Below are positions 58,380-64,000 of a DNA stretch of 64,000 bases, piece after piece. Source of the DNA: Candidatus Latescibacterota bacterium. GTDB taxonomy: Bacteria > Latescibacterota > UBA2968. How positions within the stretch are numbered: position 1 is the stretch's first letter; each line of letters begins with the position of its first letter. The stretch spans positions 2,784,001 to 2,848,000 of the forward strand of contig OZ220741.1 of assembly GCA_965116885.1 (NCBI GenBank), given 5' to 3'. Made by a program: the position numbers and the translations under genes. The notes below the pieces were generated by a model. That model was not told where the DNA came from, made no database searches, and saw only the letters and a program-made list of their open reading frames with translations.

Positions 58380-59921
58380 ATGCACCTGAGTTGGATTGAC
58401 TATGCCATCGTTCTCGTCTATGTCGGCGGCACCATCGTCGCTGGCACGTTGGCGCGCGGTGCCATCAAGGGCATCTCCGACTTCCTCGTCGCTGGCCGCG
58501 GTCTCAAAATCCACATGGCCGTCGCCACGATGGTCTCAACCGGTCTCGGGCTGGTCACGGTCATGTACATGGCCGAGGAGGGCTTTAAATACGGCTTTGT
58601 GCCCTTCGTCTTTGGCCTCATGGCCCTGATCACCACCCTGATCATCGGCCGCACGGGCTTCATCGTCAGCCGCTTGCGCCATTTGCAGGTGATGACCGTG
58701 CCCGAATTCTACGAACTCAAGTACACGCGTGGCGTACGCCTGCTCGGCGGCATCATCCTCACCCTTGCCGGTACCCTCAACATGGGACTTTTTCCCATCC
58801 TCGGCAGCAAGTTCGTCGTCGGCTTCACCGGCCTCGACAAGGAATACGTCAACTACGTCATGATCGGCATGTTGCTCATCGTCGTCTTCTACACGCTGAT
58901 GGGCGGCATGGTCTCGGTGGTGCTGACGGACTTCGCTCAGTTCGTGCTGCTGGCGCTGGGGTTTTTCTTCGGCACGTATGTCATTCTCAATCATCCGCAA
59001 CTCGGCTGGGACAACCTCGTCCAGGCCGTGCAAATCTACAAAGGTGATATCGGCTTTGACCCCATAGCCAATCCCGGCTACGGCATCTCAATGATCTTAT
59101 TTCTATTCTGCGTCGGCCTGGTCGGCGTGGTCTGGCAACCCGAAATGATGCGGCCGCTGAGTGCCGAAAGCCCTAAGGTGGCCCGCCGCGTGTTCTGGAT
59201 TTCTTCTGCCACAGTCATGGGGCGGGCGATGGTGCCGATGTTTTGGGGTATCGCGGCACTGGCCTATTTTGGCAACCCCGAACTCGACCCCCACTACGCC
59301 ATGCCCGAAATGCTCGGCAAAATCCTGCCCATAGGCATCGCTGGCCTGCTCATGGCCGGGATGTTCGCGGCCTTCATGTCCACCCACGACAGCTATCTGC
59401 TGGCCTGGAGTGGCGTCATCGTCCGCGATGTGGTCTCGCCGATCAAGGCCATGCTCGCCAAGTCGAGCGGCGAGCGCGAAGCAGACGGAACCTGGGGCGG
59501 GCTATCGAGCGAGCGCGAGATCTACTGGACCCGGGCTATCGTCGTTATCCTCGCTACCTTCTTGGCCATTTTCGGCGCGCTCTACCAGCTTCCCGAGACG
59601 GCCTTCCGCTTTATGTACGTCACTGGCAGTATCTACTTCTCCGGCTGCGTCGGCACCGTGGCCCTGGGACTGTACTGGAAAAAGGCCAATACTCCAGGTG
59701 CGTACTGTGCCCTGATCCTGGGTGCGCTGGTGCCGCTCAACTTCCTGATTATGACCGAAAACCAGCACCTGGTGCCCGAGTTTTTGTTGCCACTGGTCGA
59801 AAACTCCAACCTCGTCGGGATTACCAGCCTGGCCCTGGGCGGCCTCGCCATGCTGGTCGTTGCCTCGCTCACGCAGCGCTCGCACCCGCCGCGTCCTTTA
59901 GACTTTAGCAACATGGAGTAG
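58380..59921 (+). CDS. Sodium:solute symporter family protein
   Basis: DFLVAGR, TVPEF, YTLMGGM.SV..TD, AAFMST. Confidence 0.9.
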   Translation: MHLSWIDYAIVLVYVGGTIVAGTLARGAIKGISDFLVAGRGLKIHMAVATMVSTGLGLVTVMYMAEEGFKYGFVPFVFGLMALITTLIIGRTGFIVSRLRHLQVMTVPEFYELKYTRGVRLLGGIILTLAGTLNMGLFPILGSKFVVGFTGLDKEYVNYVMIGMLLIVVFYTLMGGMVSVVLTDFAQFVLLALGFFFGTYVILNHPQLGWDNLVQAVQIYKGDIGFDPIANPGYGISMILFLFCVGLVGVVWQPEMMRPLSAESPKVARRVFWISSATVMGRAMVPMFWGIAALAYFGNPELDPHYAMPEMLGKILPIGIAGLLMAGMFAAFMSTHDSYLLAWSGVIVRDVVSPIKAMLAKSSGEREADGTWGGLSSEREIYWTRAIVVILATFLAIFGALYQLPETAFRFMYVTGSIYFSGCVGTVALGLYWKKANTPGAYCALILGALVPLNFLIMTENQHLVPEFLLPLVENSNLVGITSLALGGLAMLVVASLTQRSHPPRPLDFSNME

Positions 59922-59925
59922 TGCA

Positions 59926-60105
59926 ATGGACGTCGAAACCTGGAAAGTCTTCTGGCAATTCGTCTTTATCGCCGCTAGCGTCCTCTTTTACGGCATTGTT
60001 ATCGCCGTCGCCTGCAAGGGCTTTGGCGATGTGGTCAAGATGATCCGCAACATGGCTGCTGGCCGCGGGGCCAGCGAATCCGCCTCAGACTCCCAGCACG
60101 AGTGA
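59926..60105 (+). CDS. Small single-TM protein (59 aa), probable symporter accessory subunit
   Basis: MDVETWKVFWQFVFIAASVLFYGIVIAVACKGFGDV..; GGAG RBS; same codon style as the symporter. Confidence 0.7.
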   Translation: MDVETWKVFWQFVFIAASVLFYGIVIAVACKGFGDVVKMIRNMAAGRGASESASDSQHE

Positions 60106-60152
60106 CGCAGCGCATATACTGGCGTTGCGCTAATTCAATGAAGGAAACCGCG

Positions 60153-60632
60153 ATGATCAATGCGACCTTATGCTATGTCAAAAATGGCAATAAAACGCTG
60201 ATGTTGCACCGAGTGAAAAAGGAAAATGACATACACGAGGGCAAATGGAATGGCCTGGGTGGTAAAATGGAAGCGGGCGAGACGCCTGAGGAATGCGTGA
60301 TTCGAGAGGTGCGCGAAGAGAGTGGCTTGCAGATTCAAAATCCCGCTTTGAGAGGTGTGCTCACGTTTCCAAAATTTGATGGGATCAATGACTGGTTGGC
60401 TTTTGTGTTTACCGCGAAGAAGTTCACGGGTGAGTTGATTGACTCGAGTGAAGGTGTCCTGAAATGGATTGACGACTCAGAACTGCTCGACCTCAACCTT
60501 TGGGAAGGCGATAAAATTTTTCTGAAATGGCTAAACCGAGATGCGTTTTTTTCGGGTAAATTTACGTATGAAAACAAACGGTTGATCGCTCACGATGTCG
60601 TGTTTCACACTCTGTCTGGATCTGTGCCATGA
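60153..60632 (+). CDS. 8-oxo-dGTP diphosphatase (MutX/MTH1-like NUDIX)
   Basis: ATLCY, GKWNGLGGKME.GETPEEC..REV.EESG, LWEGD. Confidence 0.9.
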   Translation: MINATLCYVKNGNKTLMLHRVKKENDIHEGKWNGLGGKMEAGETPEECVIREVREESGLQIQNPALRGVLTFPKFDGINDWLAFVFTAKKFTGELIDSSEGVLKWIDDSELLDLNLWEGDKIFLKWLNRDAFFSGKFTYENKRLIAHDVVFHTLSGSVP

Positions 60633-60802
60633 ACGAAAAAGCTGAAGCGATTAAAAAGCGATACAAGTATCGCCGCCTGATTCTCACGGGCAAAATCGGT
60701 CTATCCAGACACGCGGCGGTCAAATTCATCGGCGCAGATACGGCGTATCACCTGTATGCCCGTGTAACGCCTCGGCATCGTGCAAAAAAGAAAAGCGCGT
60801 AA
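60629..60802 (+). CDS. Small basic hypothetical protein (57 aa)
   Basis: ATGA overlap with the NUDIX stop; MNEKAEAIKKRYKYRRLILTGKIG.. Confidence 0.45.
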   Translation: MNEKAEAIKKRYKYRRLILTGKIGLSRHAAVKFIGADTAYHLYARVTPRHRAKKKSA

Positions 60803-60812
60803 TGCGATGGTC

Positions 60813-61670
60813 TTAGGATATGTCTGCGATAATTTTTCGCAGATAAGCCGCGTCTTCTTTTGCCCATTCCTCCAAATTGGGTGGCGATGTTTGCGCGTAA
60901 CCGACTTGACGGATGATGGTTTCATCGAATTTGTATTCGGTGTGGACGGATAAGGGTCCGTCAAATCCCATTTCGTGCAATAGCCCCAGGCAGCGATGCC
61001 AATCTACGCATCCTTCTCCTGCTTTTGTGAAGCAGGGACGATAGCGCGGTGTTTGACCTTCCGGTTGCGGCAGATAATACGCATCTTTAATTCCCACGAC
61101 TGAGATATAATCCCGAATCATTGCCAATCCCATTGCCCAGTCTTCTCCATCCAGTGCGAGATGTCCGAAATCGGGGTACGCGCCCACGTATTGCGGGTCA
61201 AAGCCGTTGATGAGGTGCATCAATCCCGCGCAGTTGCTTCCCAGGCAAGGCCCGCTGTGAATCTGATAGCAGGTCTGTACGCCGTATTTTTCACTCAGGC
61301 GTACAATTTTTTCCAGATCTCTTCGCGCTGTATCCACGATCTGCCAGTAATCATCGCCGGGCTGATATTTCCAGAATCCGATTTTGAGACGGGGAATTTC
61401 GGCTTCGGCACATGCGGTATAGTAATTTTCTATTTCCGGTGATTCTGGATCTACGAGTGTCACGGGCGCGGTTATCATGGGGCAGATCAGGTCCTGACTG
61501 CGCCAGATTTCGGCTGCTTTGGGCAATGCCTCAATTACATTGTCTGCGTGAATGGGATGGCCCGGACGCACGCACAGGTCAATGCCGTCATAGCCCAGTT
61601 CAATCGCTTTTTCGCCGAGTTCGGGCACGGAATACTGCGCGAAAAATTTGGAGTTGATAATGAGTTCCAT
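60813..61670 (-). CDS. Sugar phosphate isomerase/epimerase (xylose-isomerase-like TIM barrel)
   Basis: GYDGIDL, DFGH, IKD, GEG.VDW, GFDG. Confidence 0.85.
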   Translation of the reverse strand: MELIINSKFFAQYSVPELGEKAIELGYDGIDLCVRPGHPIHADNVIEALPKAAEIWRSQDLICPMITAPVTLVDPESPEIENYYTACAEAEIPRLKIGFWKYQPGDDYWQIVDTARRDLEKIVRLSEKYGVQTCYQIHSGPCLGSNCAGLMHLINGFDPQYVGAYPDFGHLALDGEDWAMGLAMIRDYISVVGIKDAYYLPQPEGQTPRYRPCFTKAGEGCVDWHRCLGLLHEMGFDGPLSVHTEYKFDETIIRQVGYAQTSPPNLEEWAKEDAAYLRKIIADIS

Positions 61671-61870
61671 TTGAATGATTCCTTATTATATATGGGAAAA
61701 TCGTACGTTTCATCGCCCAGGCCGCAGGGCTTGAGGGAGATTTTGAGGATTCGCCTTGAGGGCCAGAGAGGCGCGATGGTCGGATCTCAGAACCAGTTTG
61801 ATTTATGACCACTGACTCATTATACTGATTATGTGGTGTATTCGGTAGTTAAAACGACAAAGGAAATGAT

Positions 61871-62686
61871 ATGAAGACGTTGACAAAAAAAGATATTGAG
61901 GCTTTCAGAGAGCGGGGATATCACGTTGCGCGGGGCGTGTTTGATGGGGATGAAATTGCGCGTTTGCGCGAAGGATATGATTATATTCTCGAACTGGCAG
62001 CGCGGACAGATCTTCCCGATGCAATTCTTCAGGGCAAAGACCGCGAGGTGCATATTCACTTGCAGACACCCGGTCCGATGGTTGGGCCAGAGGCTGTTCC
62101 GTATCTGCGAAAAGTCCAGTGGCCTTCTCTCATTCACCCTGCGTTTGAAGAGATTCGGAATAGTGCGAAGTTTCCCGCGCTGTTAGAGCCGTTGATCGGA
62201 ACGTCGTTGAAGCAGTATATCAACCAGATCAATTTTAAAATGCCAGGTGGGGATATTCACTTTCCATGGCATCAGGATATCCGTCCCACACCGGCGTTTC
62301 GCGATCAGGTGAATAATTATGTGCAGACCATTATTGTGGTGGATGAAGCGACGGTTGCCAATGGTTGTTTGCACGTTGTTCCCGGCAGTCACAGGTTGGG
62401 AAATTTGAAGGTGACGCGGTATGCAAAGGGAGAAGTTGAAGATCAGGTGGATGTGTCGTCGGCTGTACCCTGTGAGGCAATGCCGGGTGATGTGGTGATG
62501 TTCACGTCTTATACGGTTCACGGCTCGGTACCAAATACGACAGATAAGCCGCGGCGTTCGTATATCAATGGATTTGTCCGCGCTTCGGCGTGTGATGTGG
62601 GAAAGTGGGCATTTCTGGAAGGGAAACCCGTTCCGATTACGAGTGATCGCGATTATCACGAGATTCGCTATGGGGCTGCCGGTTAA
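61871..62686 (+). CDS. Phytanoyl-CoA dioxygenase (PhyH) family Fe/2OG oxygenase
   Basis: WHQD, NGCLHVVPGSH, HGS..N....R. Confidence 0.9.
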   Translation: MKTLTKKDIEAFRERGYHVARGVFDGDEIARLREGYDYILELAARTDLPDAILQGKDREVHIHLQTPGPMVGPEAVPYLRKVQWPSLIHPAFEEIRNSAKFPALLEPLIGTSLKQYINQINFKMPGGDIHFPWHQDIRPTPAFRDQVNNYVQTIIVVDEATVANGCLHVVPGSHRLGNLKVTRYAKGEVEDQVDVSSAVPCEAMPGDVVMFTSYTVHGSVPNTTDKPRRSYINGFVRASACDVGKWAFLEGKPVPITSDRDYHEIRYGAAG

Positions 62687-62703
62687 ATAAAGAGAGGTTC
62701 ACA

Positions 62704-64000
62704 ATGCGTACAGCAAAAGCCGGTTGGGCGCAGTTTGATTCAACGCCGCCACTGGGGCTGCCTATGGGTGGTCGAGGTCCGCGGTTTTCTCCCGGGTCGG
62801 AGGTGCTCGATCCTCTGGCCGCGCAGGCGGTTGTTATTGAAGATCAAAAGGGTTATCGCACGGTCTGGATTTCGATTGATATGATCGGGATGACATGGCA
62901 TGTGACGAGTCGCTTGCGCTGCGAATTGGCTTCGATAACCGGCATACCTTTTGAAGCGATTATTGTCAATTTTTCGCATACGCACAGCGGTCCCATGTCC
63001 GGGTTTGAGGGATATGCTACGACTGTGGCTAAGCCAGCAGAACTCGAGGCTTATGAAACAGATTTGTTGTCTCGCACGATAAAAATGGTGATTGAAGCCA
63101 TCGAGAATATGCGAGCGGTCTCTGTTTGTGTGCATCGCGGTACGTCGGAGATTGGGATTAACAGGCGCAGGCGAGGTGCCGATGGCAGTATGGGGATGAG
63201 GCCAAATCCAGATGGGTATATGAATCGGGATCTCTGGGTGCTCGATCTCGCCGCGGAAGATGGGCGTTGTGTGGTGTTTAACTATGGCTGCCATCCGGTG
63301 ATGGTTTACGGTTTTGCATGGGATGGCATTTCTGCTGATTTTCCCGGGGTGTGTCGCAATCGGTTGGTCGAATCTCTTGGACCGAATACCCACGCGCAGT
63401 TTATTCAGGGGCTTGCTGGCAATATTCGACCGCGCCGCCTCGCGGAGGCAGACGCATTTCGCAAATCCACGCCAGAGGATGTTGTTGCGACGGGTGCTCA
63501 ACTCGCGGATGATGTGCTCGCGGCTATGGATGCGGGCGGTGAATGGTTGGAATTGGATCTCAATTGCGTTTCGGGATTCGCACTGGCACCGCGCGACCAG
63601 GATGCGATTCCGCCCCTTTCCCATTGGGAAACACTTGCCAAAAGCGAGGCAGAACTGGAGCGTAATCTCGGTGCGTACTGGGTCGAGCGTTTGGGGTCTG
63701 GCATACCGCCTGCGCGATTTTTTCCCTGGTTATTGGGCCTTATTCGCCTGACGGGGGAACACACCATTGCATGGCTTGGCAACGAGGTTGTTGCCGAATG
63801 GCTCCCCTTGCTGAGGACTTATCTCAATGATCCGAATCTCATTGCCTGGGGATATTGTCAGGATGGGCGCAATTACATGCCGACAGACGCGCTTATTCCC
63901 GAGGGCGGGTACGAGGTCGATAGTGCGAATGCCTACACCAAAGCGGGTCCCGGTCCGTTCCAGATTGGCATTGACGAGGTGACCAGGAAGACATTTATCG
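62704..64000 (+). CDS. Neutral/alkaline ceramidase-like hydrolase, 3'-truncated by the window edge and missing from the ORF track
   Basis: MRTAKAGWAQFDSTPP..MGG, SHTHSGP, NRR, NYGCHP, SADFPG, EGGYE. Confidence 0.8.
   Translation, partial: MRTAKAGWAQFDSTPPLGLPMGGRGPRFSPGSEVLDPLAAQAVVIEDQKGYRTVWISIDMIGMTWHVTSRLRCELASITGIPFEAIIVNFSHTHSGPMSGFEGYATTVAKPAELEAYETDLLSRTIKMVIEAIENMRAVSVCVHRGTSEIGINRRRRGADGSMGMRPNPDGYMNRDLWVLDLAAEDGRCVVFNYGCHPVMVYGFAWDGISADFPGVCRNRLVESLGPNTHAQFIQGLAGNIRPRRLAEADAFRKSTPEDVVATGAQLADDVLAAMDAGGEWLELDLNCVSGFALAPRDQDAIPPLSHWETLAKSEAELERNLGAYWVERLGSGIPPARFFPWLLGLIRLTGEHTIAWLGNEVVAEWLPLLRTYLNDPNLIAWGYCQDGRNYMPTDALIPEGGYEVDSANAYTKAGPGPFQIGIDEVTRKTFI

Noticed and set aside
61690..61820. 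GC-rich intergenic stretch as a riboswitch or pseudogene
   Set aside because: No recognisable aptamer consensus; only short broken frames that I cannot assign
62740..63624. 294-aa minus-strand ORF
   Set aside because: Antisense to the ceramidase-like gene that runs off the window edge

Overview
Mostly chromosomal backbone of a diderm bacterium. The gene content (DUF6785, CE15 esterase, sulfatase, PhyH, ceramidase-like, Bacteroidota-type short sigma70 and topoisomerase IV) suggests an FCB-related candidate phylum such as Latescibacterota/Gemmatimonadota; this is inference. Core genes: murD, a MurC/Mpl-like ligase with LD-carboxypeptidase, aroA, dnaE, mreD-mrdA-rodA, an MltD-like enzyme, mtnA, rsfS, carA, pyrC, parE-parC and a DUF4159-DUF4175-TPR-MoxR operon. 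Accessory DNA: one tnpA-less IS605/IS1341 element with an intact-looking TnpB and omega-RNA inserted 10 nt before the aroA start codon, several toxin-antitoxin modules with an IS630 scar, GTAG-type REP palindromes and short tandem repeat arrays. The most notable signals are (1) a standalone Fe-S PD-(D/E)XK nuclease ending in a perfect beta-clamp motif QLSLF, (2) a QLDLL clamp-like motif in an N-terminal extension of ParE, (3) a TnpB guide covering the aroA start codon plus a hairpin-rich segment where tnpA would be, and (4) a DUF4160-DUF2442 fusion. No rRNA, tRNA or CRISPR array was seen. All calls come from reading motifs by eye; no database searches were run.
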